From positions 1 through 43,078 of the forward strand of contig JAHZKE010000079.1 in NCBI GenBank assembly GCA_022600535.1: a stretch of DNA of 43,078 nucleotides, read 5' to 3'. Numbering within the stretch: the stretch's first letter is position 1; each line of letters starts with the position of its first letter. Shown here one piece after another: positions 1-8,958 of the stretch. The stretch is from Pseudomonadota bacterium (GTDB lineage Bacteria > Pseudomonadota > Gammaproteobacteria > Tethybacterales > Persebacteraceae). The translations under genes and the position numbers were made by a program. The notes beneath the pieces were generated by a model. That model was not told the origin of the DNA. It saw nothing but the letters and a program-made list of their open reading frames with translations, and did not search any database.

Positions 1-1209
1 ATAAAGTCGCTACTTGAGCAGTTCCCGGTCGTGGTGATATTGGGTGTGCGGCAGTGCGGTAAAAGCACTTTGGCTAAGGTCGGCACTGAGCAATGGCAAT
101 ATTTTGATATGGAAAAGCCGGCGGATTTTGATTTGATTAATAATGACCCTTGGTTGTTTTTTAAAGAAAATGATCAACATGTCATTATTGATGAGGCGCA
201 AAAATCCCCTGCGCTTTTTTCTGTGTTGCGTTCGGTAATTGATGAGCGCCGGCAACAAAATGGGCGTTTTATATTAACGGGTTCTTCAAGTTTTGAATTG
301 ATTAAAAATATTAGCGAATCGTTGGCAGGGCGTGTCGCTTTAGTAGAATTATCACCGTTCAAAATGAATGAGATTTCATCCCAACCCTTAAGTGATTTTT
401 ATTCCATTTTTGAAAATAAATTATCCATTGCCGATTTAGAGTTATTAAAAAATTTAACTCCGGCGATTGATTTTAAAACATTGAAACAAAATTTATTACG
501 AGGCGGCTATCCGCAACCCGCGTTAAGTGCATCGCCCCAATTTCAAATGAATTGGATGGAAAATTATTTTGATACTTATATCAATAGAGACATGCGCATC
601 TTGTTTCCTAAAATGAATTTAATTAATTATCGGCGATTAATTAAAATGCTCTCCTCCCTATCGGGAACAATTATTAATAAATCAGAAATCGGACGCTCCA
701 TAGATACATCAGAAAAGACGGTAAGAGATTATTTGCAAATCATCGCGGGCACTTTTTTTTGGCGCGAATTGCCGGCATTTAAAACATCTAAAATCAAAAC
801 CACAGTATCCACGCCTAAGGGGCATTATCGCGATTGCGGTTTATTGCTGTTTTTACAAAATATATTTAATGTAGAGGAATTGAATCTTTACCCCAAGCTC
901 GGCAATGTTTTTGAAGGTTTTATTGTTGAAGAGATTATAAGAGGGGTAGAAGCGGGCAATGCAGTCAATCTACAACCCTATCATTTTCGAACACGCAATG
1001 GGGGAGAAATTGACTTAATATTGGAAGGTTCATTTGGTTTATTGCCAATAGAGATTAAATACCAATCCCACACCAAATTAAAACAACTCAAAGCAATGAC
1101 AAACTTTATAGAATTACACGAAATTCCATACGGTATTGTCATTAATAATTGCGACAAACCCGCGATGATAACGGAGCGCATTATCCAAATTCCAGCGGGT
1201 TGTTTATAA
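1..1209 (+). CDS. AAA+ ATPase with DUF4143-like C-terminal region (COG1373 family); 5' end cut by the window edge
   Basis: Frame 1 is open from base 1 (IKSLLEQFPVVVILGVRQCGKSTL). A Walker A motif GxxxxGKS sits at the ORF-track start and a Walker B-like HVIIDEAQ follows. Size and layout are typical of COG1373 ATPases. The GTG at 31 is probably internal. Confidence 0.8.
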   Translation: MKSLLEQFPVVVILGVRQCGKSTLAKVGTEQWQYFDMEKPADFDLINNDPWLFFKENDQHVIIDEAQKSPALFSVLRSVIDERRQQNGRFILTGSSSFELIKNISESLAGRVALVELSPFKMNEISSQPLSDFYSIFENKLSIADLELLKNLTPAIDFKTLKQNLLRGGYPQPALSASPQFQMNWMENYFDTYINRDMRILFPKMNLINYRRLIKMLSSLSGTIINKSEIGRSIDTSEKTVRDYLQIIAGTFFWRELPAFKTSKIKTTVSTPKGHYRDCGLLLFLQNIFNVEELNLYPKLGNVFEGFIVEEIIRGVEAGNAVNLQPYHFRTRNGGEIDLILEGSFGLLPIEIKYQSHTKLKQLKAMTNFIELHEIPYGIVINNCDKPAMITERIIQIPAGCL

Positions 1210-1248
1210 TGAAACGATTACTCAAAAATTTAACTAAAATAATGCAAT

Positions 1249-3558
1249 ATGAACGAAGCCGATACCCGCGCCGAACAGATAGATAAACAACTGCAAGCTG
1301 CCGGCTGGCGCACCGAGGGCGATGTGCGTGTGCAACGCGAATATCGTATTAATGATGGTGAAATCGGCGTTGGCGGCAGGCGCACAGGGCAGATGATTGC
1401 CGACTATGTGTTAAGTTACAAAAACCGCAAGCTGGCAGTGATAGAAGCAAAGAAGGATGAAGTAGCGGTGAGTGCGGGCGTTGCCCAAGCAAAGTTATAC
1501 GCACAAAAGCTATGTTTGAAAACCAGTTTTTCCACCAACGGTAAAGAGATTTATCAAATCTGTCACAAGACGGGGGATGAAGGGTTGGTGGATTGTTTTC
1601 CTACACCAGAGGAGCTTTGGCGTAAAGATTTTGCCGAACCGAATGAATGGTTAGATAAATTTAACGCGGTGCCGTTTGAAAGTGGTACTAAAAAGCCGCG
1701 CTACTATCAAGAGTTAGCGGTAAATAACACCATGCAGGCAATTGCAAATAATCGGCAGCGCGTGCTGTTAACATTGGCAACGGGCACGGGTAAAACATTT
1801 ATCGCTTTTCAAATTGCTTGGAAGTTATTTAAAAGCCGCTGGACATTGCAAAAAGATAGCAAACGCCAACCGCGCATTTTGTTTCTTACCGATAGAAATA
1901 TATTGGCAAATCAAGCGTACTTAGATTTTTCTGCATTTAATGAGGATGCCTTAGTGCGTATCTACCCCGGAGAGATAAGAAAAAAAGGCGAAGTGCCGAA
2001 AAACGGCAGTGTGTTTTTTACTATCTTTCAAACTTTTATGAGTGGAGAAGAAGGCAAGCCTTATTTTGGTGATTATCAGCACGATTTTTTTGATTTGGTT
2101 ATTATTGACGAGTGTCACCGCGGCGGCGCAAATGATGAAAGCACTTGGCGGGGAATCCTTGAACACTTTGATAGTGCTGTGCATCTCGGCTTAACTGCCA
2201 CACCCAAGCGCGATGACAATGTTGATACTTACGATTATTTTGGCGAACCTGTTTATATTTATAGTTTGAAAGGAGGCATTGAAGACGGATTTTTAACACC
2301 GTTTAGAGTAAAGCGCATTCAAACTAACATTGATGATTACACGTATACAAAAGATGATGATGTATTAGAGGGTGAAGTGGAACTGGGGCGCGTTTATACA
2401 GAAGGCGAGTTTAATAAAAAAATTGTTATAGATGAGCGAGAGAGATTTCGTGTGCAAAAAATTCTGGAAGAGATATATTCAAATGACAAAACCATTGTTT
2501 TTTGTGCCAGTCAAGAACACGCGGCGATGATTCGCGATTTAATTAATCAAGAGGCAAAGGGCAAACCGAGTGATTATTGTGTGCGCGTGACTTCAGATGA
2601 TGGAGAGATTGGTAATGTTTATTTCAATCAATTTAAAGATAATGAAAAATTACTGCCAACTATTTTAACAACCAGTCAAAAACTAACAACAGGTGTGGAT
2701 GCGTGTAATCTGCGGAATGTTGTTTTAATGCGTACTATTAATAGTATGGTTGAATTCAAACAGATTATCGGGCGTGGTACGCGGTTGTTTGAGGGCAAAG
2801 ATTATTTCACTATTATTGATTTTGTCAATGCCTATCATTTGTTCAATGATCCAGAATGGGACGGAAAGGCGATAGAGGGAGAAGAAAATACGGGCGGTGA
2901 AAATAATGATAACCATGATGCTCACGAGCGCGGTGGAGAATACGGTGGTGAAGAGGAAAAGCAACCTAAAGAAAAAATCCGTATTAAATTAAGTGATAAT
3001 AAAATTCGTGAGTTACAGAGTATGACATCTACTTATTTTTATGTAGATGGAAAGTCAATTAGTGCTGAAGAATATTTAGAAAAAGTATTTAATACGTTGC
3101 ATCTGCCCGAGTTATTTTTGAGCGAAGAGAGGTTGCGTAAAATTTGGGCAGATCCATCAACACGTAAAAAATTAATGCAAGATCTTGAGAGTGCGGGGTG
3201 TCATAAAGAGGATTTAATAAAATTACAACAACTGATTAATGCTGAAAATAGCGATTTATACGATGTATTACAATATATTGCCTACGCCAAAGCGCCGGTA
3301 TCGCGGGCGGCACGAGTAGAAACAAACAGAAAGCATATTTACACTTTACTAAATGAGGAGCAACGCGATTTTATAGATTATATTTTAAGTAATTATATTC
3401 AAGCAGGAGTTGACGAATTAGACCCTGCTAAAATCAGCAGTGCGGTAGTTGCCAAATACGGCAGCGTAGGCGATGCCGAACAAGTGTTAGGCGATTTAGG
3501 AATAATCCGCGAACTTTTTATTAAAATACAAGCACCTTTATACGAAGAAGTCGCCTGA
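1249..3558 (+). CDS. hsdR: Type I restriction enzyme R subunit (HsdR, EcoEI-like) - nuclease/helicase
   Basis: The N-terminus MNEADTRAEQIDKQLQAAGW plus D..VIEAKK gives an HsdR_N PD-(D/E)xK signature. Helicase motifs LATGTGKT, DECH, TATP and QIIGRGTR are present. The C-terminal tail is EcoEI_R_C-like (DVLQYIAY...). No hsdM or hsdS lies in the window. Confidence 0.85.
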   Translation: MNEADTRAEQIDKQLQAAGWRTEGDVRVQREYRINDGEIGVGGRRTGQMIADYVLSYKNRKLAVIEAKKDEVAVSAGVAQAKLYAQKLCLKTSFSTNGKEIYQICHKTGDEGLVDCFPTPEELWRKDFAEPNEWLDKFNAVPFESGTKKPRYYQELAVNNTMQAIANNRQRVLLTLATGTGKTFIAFQIAWKLFKSRWTLQKDSKRQPRILFLTDRNILANQAYLDFSAFNEDALVRIYPGEIRKKGEVPKNGSVFFTIFQTFMSGEEGKPYFGDYQHDFFDLVIIDECHRGGANDESTWRGILEHFDSAVHLGLTATPKRDDNVDTYDYFGEPVYIYSLKGGIEDGFLTPFRVKRIQTNIDDYTYTKDDDVLEGEVELGRVYTEGEFNKKIVIDERERFRVQKILEEIYSNDKTIVFCASQEHAAMIRDLINQEAKGKPSDYCVRVTSDDGEIGNVYFNQFKDNEKLLPTILTTSQKLTTGVDACNLRNVVLMRTINSMVEFKQIIGRGTRLFEGKDYFTIIDFVNAYHLFNDPEWDGKAIEGEENTGGENNDNHDAHERGGEYGGEEEKQPKEKIRIKLSDNKIRELQSMTSTYFYVDGKSISAEEYLEKVFNTLHLPELFLSEERLRKIWADPSTRKKLMQDLESAGCHKEDLIKLQQLINAENSDLYDVLQYIAYAKAPVSRAARVETNRKHIYTLLNEEQRDFIDYILSNYIQAGVDELDPAKISSAVVAKYGSVGDAEQVLGDLGIIRELFIKIQAPLYEEVA

Positions 3559-3578
3559 TAATTAACAGCAGTAGTAAG

Positions 3579-4292
3579 ATGTGTAATTCCAATAATTGTT
3601 TACAGAATAACAGAGAAAAAATAAAGAAAAATAGATTGCAATATCGTTTATCGTGTCTCTGTGGCATGGCTGTGATAGGTATCATTATTGCAATTTGCTT
3701 TTATAAATGGGGTGCTTGTGCTTTAGGATTGTCAACAGATGATTGGATTACCAAAAATCTAACTCTTTTAATTCTCTCTTTACCGGTGCTGGTGCTTTTG
3801 TGGTATTTTCGCACCCACGATGTAAAACAACAAATTGAAAAAGCACAAAGCAATATTAATATCAATCTACTAAATAACGGTATTAATTTGCTACTGGATG
3901 TCGAAAAAACAGGTGGGAATAAACGCGCCGCTGGACTGATACTACTCGCCCAGTTGCGACAACAAGATGAGCAATTACATCCTCAAATTGATGCTATTAC
4001 TCAAGGAGTTGCACTAGAAAAAGTTAAACTAAGAAGAGCTCAATTACAAGGTATTAATTTGCAAGATGCTATTTTGCAATGTGCTAATTTGCGAGTTGCT
4101 GATTTGCAAGGTGCTCAATTGCAAGATGCTGATTTATATGGTGCTGATTTATATGGTGCTAAATTGCAAGGTGCTAATTTGGAAAGTGCTGATTTGCGAA
4201 GTGCTAATTTGCAAGATGCGCTTTATAGTAACAATACAAAATTTTCCGCTGGTTTTGACCCTGAAACCGAAGGAATGCAAAAAGTAGATTAA
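3579..4292 (+). CDS. Membrane-anchored pentapeptide-repeat protein (2 predicted TM helices + ~13 A(D/N)LxG repeats)
   Basis: Two hydrophobic segments are present (MAVIGIIIAICFY..., LTLLILSLPVLVLLWYF). They are followed by AQLQGINLQDAILQCANLRVADLQGAQLQDADLYGADLYGAKLQGANLESADLRSANLQDA. The start codon is uncertain (M1 or M30). Confidence 0.85.
   Translation: MCNSNNCLQNNREKIKKNRLQYRLSCLCGMAVIGIIIAICFYKWGACALGLSTDDWITKNLTLLILSLPVLVLLWYFRTHDVKQQIEKAQSNININLLNNGINLLLDVEKTGGNKRAAGLILLAQLRQQDEQLHPQIDAITQGVALEKVKLRRAQLQGINLQDAILQCANLRVADLQGAQLQDADLYGADLYGAKLQGANLESADLRSANLQDALYSNNTKFSAGFDPETEGMQKVD
4038..4232 (+). repeat. Coding tandem repeat with 15-nt period (pentapeptide units), including a perfect 15-nt duplication at 4128-4157
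   Basis: Units of the form GCTAATTTGCAAGGT / GCTGATTTGCAAGGT recur about 13 times. GCTGATTTATATGGT occurs twice back to back. Confidence 0.9.
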
Positions 4293-4456
4293 TTTATTAT
4301 TTCCCTTTTAGCAAAGTCAGAGGAGGATATTTCGGCACATTTATTGCAACATATCACCAAAATGGTGGGAGAGTACATCTAAGCAAGACAAAGATATGAT
4401 TATTAAAATATTTTGTGATAACGTAAGAGCGTTGCTTAGTGAAAATAATATTACCC

Positions 4457-4888
4457 TCAAACCTCCATCGGCAAACTATTGAGATGAATCCGCAAATGGC
4501 GGAATTTATTGGGCGGTAATGAATCAGGCATAATCAATACATAATAGCGGCGCTGGTTGCCATTAATCACCATGGTAGAAAGCAATGGCGAAACAAAACA
4601 ATAGATAATACTGCCTAAGTCGGCATCGTTGCCGTTGCTATCTAAAACAATGACTTCTTGCTTTTTGCGTATCACCACCCCGCCCACTGCATTTTTCCCT
4701 TTTAGCAATGCTCGTTGTTGCAGCGCTCTGCCAAATACAAACAGCGTAACGAGTATTGCCGGTAGACCAAGCAGTAGCGGTATTGGTATAATAAGCAATG
4801 CGGCTATCGTCATCACCATTCCGGCGGTTATTAATAGTGCCGCCCACCGCGATGGCGTAAATTGAAAGCGCGTTTCCAATACAGACAT
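4457..4888 (-). CDS. ygfX: YgfX/CptA-family inner-membrane protein
   Basis: Two N-terminal TM helices are predicted. The N-terminus RFQFTPSRWAALLITAG resembles E. coli YgfX LRVSWRAQWLSLLIHG. The C-terminal YVLIMPDSLPPNKFRHLRIHL resembles LWLAADSMDEAEWRDLRRIL. The gene is adjacent to ygfZ. Confidence 0.65.
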   Translation of the reverse strand: MSVLETRFQFTPSRWAALLITAGMVMTIAALLIIPIPLLLGLPAILVTLFVFGRALQQRALLKGKNAVGGVVIRKKQEVIVLDSNGNDADLGSIIYCFVSPLLSTMVINGNQRRYYVLIMPDSLPPNKFRHLRIHLNSLPMEV

Positions 4889-4897
4889 AACTATATT

Positions 4898-5833
4898 ATG
4901 ACAACAAACAAACCATATCCATTAGCCGCTGTCGCATTTGATGGCGCCGATGCCGCGCATTTTTTACAGGGGCAACTCACGATTAATAGCGAAACCTTAG
5001 CCGCCAACACGTGGCGGCGCGCGGCGTATTGTTCGCGTCAGGGGCGTATGATTGCTTGCGGCTTGCTGTTGCGTTGGGCAGATGATGACGCCGGGCAACA
5101 TTTTTTATGGGTGATGCACGATGACATTGCCGCAACATTGGCGAGCCAACTGCAGCGTTTTGTTTTGCGTGCCAAGGTAAAAATCAGCCAACCTGCGCTT
5201 TATTTTAGTGCGGTCGTAGCAAAAGAGGCAAAAACACCCGCCCTGCCGCAAGGCAGCGGGGCGATTGATTTATATGAGGACACTGCTATCGCCCGCATCA
5301 ACGAAGGCGATGGCAGTGGTATTATCTTCAACCGTGCAGAGATGTCGCCGGAGGTTTGGCAAGCACAATGTACGCAGCGGCAAACAATAACAGCAGACGC
5401 GTGGCAACAAAATGAAGCCCAACGCGCAGTGCCTTGGGTCAATACGGCAACGCAGGATATGTTCATCCCGCAATTTTTAAATTTTGACTTATTAGGTGGT
5501 GTGGATTTTGAAAAAGGGTGTTTTGTCGGGCAGGAGGTGATTGCCCGCTTGCACCACTTAGGCAATGTAAAACGGCGCGGTATGGTGGTATCGGCAACAT
5601 CGGGGGGGTGTTTATCGCCGGCAACGGTGATTAAAACGGCAGAGGGCAAGACCGCGGGCGAGGTGGTCAACAGTGTCGCAACGCCACAGGGGTGTATCGC
5701 CTTTGCCGCGATTGTGAAAGAGCTGGCAGAACAAGAATTATGGGCAGAAGAACACGCGCTGCACATCACGCCGCCGCCGTATCCGATTATTGAAGCGGAG
5801 AAGTTCAAACGCCAAAAAACGCCTAATGTCTAA
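4898..5833 (+). CDS. ygfZ: Folate-binding Fe-S cluster repair / tRNA-modifying protein YgfZ
   Basis: The signature KGCFVGQEVIARLHHLGNVKRR matches the YgfZ K-G-C-[YF]-x-G-Q-E motif. The fold is GcvT-like and the length is about 311 aa. I prefer the ATG at 4898 over the ORF-track start at 4862, which would overlap ygfX. Confidence 0.85.
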   Translation: MTTNKPYPLAAVAFDGADAAHFLQGQLTINSETLAANTWRRAAYCSRQGRMIACGLLLRWADDDAGQHFLWVMHDDIAATLASQLQRFVLRAKVKISQPALYFSAVVAKEAKTPALPQGSGAIDLYEDTAIARINEGDGSGIIFNRAEMSPEVWQAQCTQRQTITADAWQQNEAQRAVPWVNTATQDMFIPQFLNFDLLGGVDFEKGCFVGQEVIARLHHLGNVKRRGMVVSATSGGCLSPATVIKTAEGKTAGEVVNSVATPQGCIAFAAIVKELAEQELWAEEHALHITPPPYPIIEAEKFKRQKTPNV

Positions 5834-5942
5834 TGCTTAATTTCCAATGCAATGCCCGATACGTAAGCAATAGAGGGGGGATAAATAAGAATAAGTAAAT
5901 GAAAAATAGTGCAACCCTGCGGCGTTTATGATAAAATGCGTG

Positions 5943-6019
<77 letters not shown>

Positions 6020-6057
6020 TTTTGAGCGAATTTTTTTTACGAATTTTTAATCTGATT

Positions 6058-6393
6058 ATGTCAAATACACATGTTACTATCGCCACTTCCGGTGGTCAAT
6101 ACCGCGTCAAAAGCGGTGATATTATTACGGTTAATCGTTTAACAGCGGAAATCGGCAGCGAGATTGTCTTAGACAATGTTTTGCTGGTAGAAAAAGAAGA
6201 CGGCAATGTCCTCACCGCAACGGCAAACGGTTCTGTCAGCGGGGCGCAAGTGACCGCATTGGTCAAAGACCACCCGCGCGGCAAAAAATTACGCGTCTAT
6301 AAAATGCGTCGGCGTAAAAAAAGCCGCCGCACACAAGGGCACAGACAAGATTTAACCCAATTAGTCGTTGGCGAAATCAAACTCAGCGCTTAA
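6058..6393 (+). CDS. rplU: 50S ribosomal protein L21
   Basis: The sequence has ...SGGQYRVKSGDIITVNRL... and a basic C-terminus. It lies directly upstream of rpmA. I prefer the ATG at 6058 to the ORF-track TTG at 6022. Confidence 0.9.
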   Translation: MSNTHVTIATSGGQYRVKSGDIITVNRLTAEIGSEIVLDNVLLVEKEDGNVLTATANGSVSGAQVTALVKDHPRGKKLRVYKMRRRKKSRRTQGHRQDLTQLVVGEIKLSA

Positions 6394-6429
6394 TTTAAGC
6401 AACAAATTTAACAACAGCGAGGCAAAAAA

Positions 6430-6693
6430 ATGGCACAGAAAAAAGCAGGTGGTTCTTCTAAGAACGGGCGCGATTCAAATCCTAAGTATCTCGGCGTCAA
6501 GCGCTTTGGTGGCGAAACCGTAACTGCGGGGAGCATTTTAGTGCGTCAACGCGGTACCAAGTTTCATCCGGGAGAAAATGTCGGCGTGGGGCGTGACCAC
6601 ACCTTATTTAGCAAAATTCCGGGTGTCGTTCGCTTCTCAAAACACGGGCGCATCCGTCGCTCTTATGTTGACATCATCGCGATTCAATCTTAA
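6430..6693 (+). CDS. rpmA: 50S ribosomal protein L27
   Basis: [29 protein letters not shown] is the canonical L27 N-terminus. Confidence 0.95.
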   Translation: MAQKKAGGSSKNGRDSNPKYLGVKRFGGETVTAGSILVRQRGTKFHPGENVGVGRDHTLFSKIPGVVRFSKHGRIRRSYVDIIAIQS

Positions 6694-6796
6694 GCAAGCG
6701 CTGCTTCGGCAGGTCTCCCCTCAATTTGCTATAGTCGCTATAGCCGCCGCTCTATTTGCCGCGATCGGCAGTTATTCCAACGCATAGGGCGGCACC

Positions 6797-7834
6797 ATGG
6801 CTAAAACCGCCTTTATAGATGAAGTAGAAATTAACGTTGCCGGCGGCGATGGCGGCAATGGGATTGTCAGTTTTTTACGCGAACGCGCTCGCCCTTTTGG
6901 CGGACCAAACGGCGGTAATGGCGGGCGTGGCGGGCGCGTCGTGATGACCGCAACCACCGGGTTAAACACTTTATTAGAATTTCGTTTTAAGCGCAACATA
7001 CGAGCGGCAAACGGCAAGCGCGGCGGCAGTAGTTTGTGTCACGGCGCCCACGGCGAAGATGTTGTTTTACCGGTGCCGCTGGGCACACGGGTGGTAGATG
7101 CCGCCAGCGGTTACTTACATGCCGATTTGGTGGCAATCGGCGATTCGGTGGTGTTGGCAGATGGCGGGCGCGGTGGCTTTGGCAATGCGCATTATAAATC
7201 TTCCACCAATCGCACCCCGCGCACAGCAAGCAAGGGCGAAGAAGGCGTGCAGCGTTGTTTTCGTTTAGAGTTAAAAGTCGTTGCCGATGTCGGCTTATTG
7301 GGTTTGCCCAATGCGGGAAAATCCACTTTCTTACGCGCCATTTCTGCGGCACGTCCCAAAGTCGCGGCGTATCCGTTCACCACCTTAGCTCCTTCATTAG
7401 GGTGGGTAGAATTAGAATACGGCGGCGAAGCGTTAGTGGTTGCCGATATTCCCGGGATTATCCGCGGTGCCGCCGATGGTGCGGGTTTGGGCAACCGTTT
7501 TTTACGCCATTTGTCGCGCACGGCATTGTTGTGTCAGATTGTAGATGCAACATCAGAAACCGCTATAGAAGATTGTCGCGATATTGACAACGAACTGCGG
7601 CGGGCGGCAGAACACGATTTAGCAGATAAACCGCGCTGGTTGTTGTTGAACAAAATTGATTTATTAACCGAAGAGGAGCAGCAGGAAAAATTACAACAAA
7701 TGCAGCAGGAATTTCCATTTTTTGAGCGCGTGTTGGCGTTGTCCGCATTAGCCGGCAACGGCGTGCGTGATTGCGTCAAACTATTGCTGGCACGGCAACA
7801 GGCGCAGCAAGAACAACAGGTGGCAGTAGAATAA
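6797..7834 (+). CDS. obg: GTPase Obg/CgtA
   Basis: The N-terminal Obg fold is glycine-rich (AGGDGGNGIVSFLRE, GGPNGGNGGRGG). The G1 motif GLPNAGKST and NKID are present. The rplU-rpmA-obg synteny is conserved. Confidence 0.93.
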   Translation: MAKTAFIDEVEINVAGGDGGNGIVSFLRERARPFGGPNGGNGGRGGRVVMTATTGLNTLLEFRFKRNIRAANGKRGGSSLCHGAHGEDVVLPVPLGTRVVDAASGYLHADLVAIGDSVVLADGGRGGFGNAHYKSSTNRTPRTASKGEEGVQRCFRLELKVVADVGLLGLPNAGKSTFLRAISAARPKVAAYPFTTLAPSLGWVELEYGGEALVVADIPGIIRGAADGAGLGNRFLRHLSRTALLCQIVDATSETAIEDCRDIDNELRRAAEHDLADKPRWLLLNKIDLLTEEEQQEKLQQMQQEFPFFERVLALSALAGNGVRDCVKLLLARQQAQQEQQVAVE

Positions 7835-8958
7835 TGAGCGCAACACCCCGCCAACAAGTCGTTGCCGCTCGCCGTATTATTGTCAAAGTCGGCAGTAGTT
7901 TGCTCACTGCCGCTGGTAGCGGTTTGGATGTCGCCTATATTAACAATCTGTGCGAACAAATCGCCGCCGCCCGCAGCAATGGCTACGAAGTCGTGGTCGT
8001 GTCTTCCGGTGCAGTTGCCGCCGGCGTGCGTAAATTGGGCTGGCAGCAACGTCCGACTGCCCGCGTAGATATGCAAGTCGTCGCCGCGGTCGGACAAATG
8101 GGGTTAATCAACGCCTACGAAGACGCCTTTGCCCGCCATCATCTACACGCGGCGCAAGTCATGTTAACTGCCGAAGATATGGGACACCGCACCTTATACT
8201 TAAACGCCCGCGCCACCTTGCGCCAAATGTTGCAGTATTCGGTGATTCCCGTCATTAACGAAAACGATGTCATCGCCACCGATAGCGTTAGCTTTGGCGA
8301 TAACGACCGCTTAGCCGCACAAATTGCTAACTTAATAGAAGCTGATTTATTACTGATGCTCACCGAAGCCCCGGGCTTGTGCCGCGATGGCGAAAACATG
8401 TGCGATGTTGTGCAACAGGCAGCCGTTACCGATGAACACTTAGCAACCTACGCCCGCGCGGGCAACAGTGTTGGCTCCGGTGGCATTCGCAGTAAACTCG
8501 CCGCCGCCCGTGTTGCCGCCCGCAGCGGCGCGCATTCGCTGATTGCCGACGGACGCGACAAAAATTGCATTCAACGCGCATTAAGCGGCGATGCCGAATT
8601 TGGCACTTTATTAGTTGCCGACATTCCGCGTTTATCGGCGCGTAAACAATGGTTGGCAAGTGGTTTGAATGTCTGCGGCAATATGGTGTTAGACCAAGGC
8701 GCAGTAACTGCCGTAGTCGGTGGCAAGCGCAGTTTGTTATCGGCGGGAGTCACCGCAGTTTATGGCGATTTTGTCCGCGGCGATGCAGTCAAACTCAGCG
8801 ATGAAGCCGGCAACATCATCGGCTATGCTTTAGTCAATTACGATTCAATCGCCGCTCGCAATTTATGCGGCGTGCAAAGTAGCGCCATTGCCGATATATT
8901 GGGCTATCGCCATGAAGAAGAGATTGTGCATCGTGATAATATGACGATTTTACGATGA
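7834..8958 (+). CDS. proB: Glutamate 5-kinase (with C-terminal PUA domain)
   Basis: RIIVKVGSSLLT, VVVSSGAVAAG and NENDVIATD...FGDNDRLAA motifs are present. The start ATG overlaps the obg stop (TAATG). The ORF-track start at 7771 is an upstream in-frame artefact. Confidence 0.9.
   Translation: MSATPRQQVVAARRIIVKVGSSLLTAAGSGLDVAYINNLCEQIAAARSNGYEVVVVSSGAVAAGVRKLGWQQRPTARVDMQVVAAVGQMGLINAYEDAFARHHLHAAQVMLTAEDMGHRTLYLNARATLRQMLQYSVIPVINENDVIATDSVSFGDNDRLAAQIANLIEADLLLMLTEAPGLCRDGENMCDVVQQAAVTDEHLATYARAGNSVGSGGIRSKLAAARVAARSGAHSLIADGRDKNCIQRALSGDAEFGTLLVADIPRLSARKQWLASGLNVCGNMVLDQGAVTAVVGGKRSLLSAGVTAVYGDFVRGDAVKLSDEAGNIIGYALVNYDSIAARNLCGVQSSAIADILGYRHEEEIVHRDNMTILR

Noticed and set aside
4030-4240. 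Regular 15/30-nt periodic repeats that at first glance resemble a short repeat-spacer array. The ORF-track entry 4066-4287 (73 aa, MLFCNVLICELLICK...) also lies here.
   Set aside because: The period is too short and there are no unique spacers. The repeats translate cleanly into pentapeptide units in the 3579-4292 frame. The 73-aa ORF is simply the same repeat read in another frame.
5200-5808. A 202-aa minus-strand ORF inside ygfZ.
   Set aside because: It lies fully antisense to a gene with a clear family signature, and its composition (Cys/Ser/Ala-rich) is typical of a GC-biased shadow frame. The same reasoning applies to 6987-7352, 7192-7521, 7534-8097, 8978-9427, 10656-11024 and similar ORFs.
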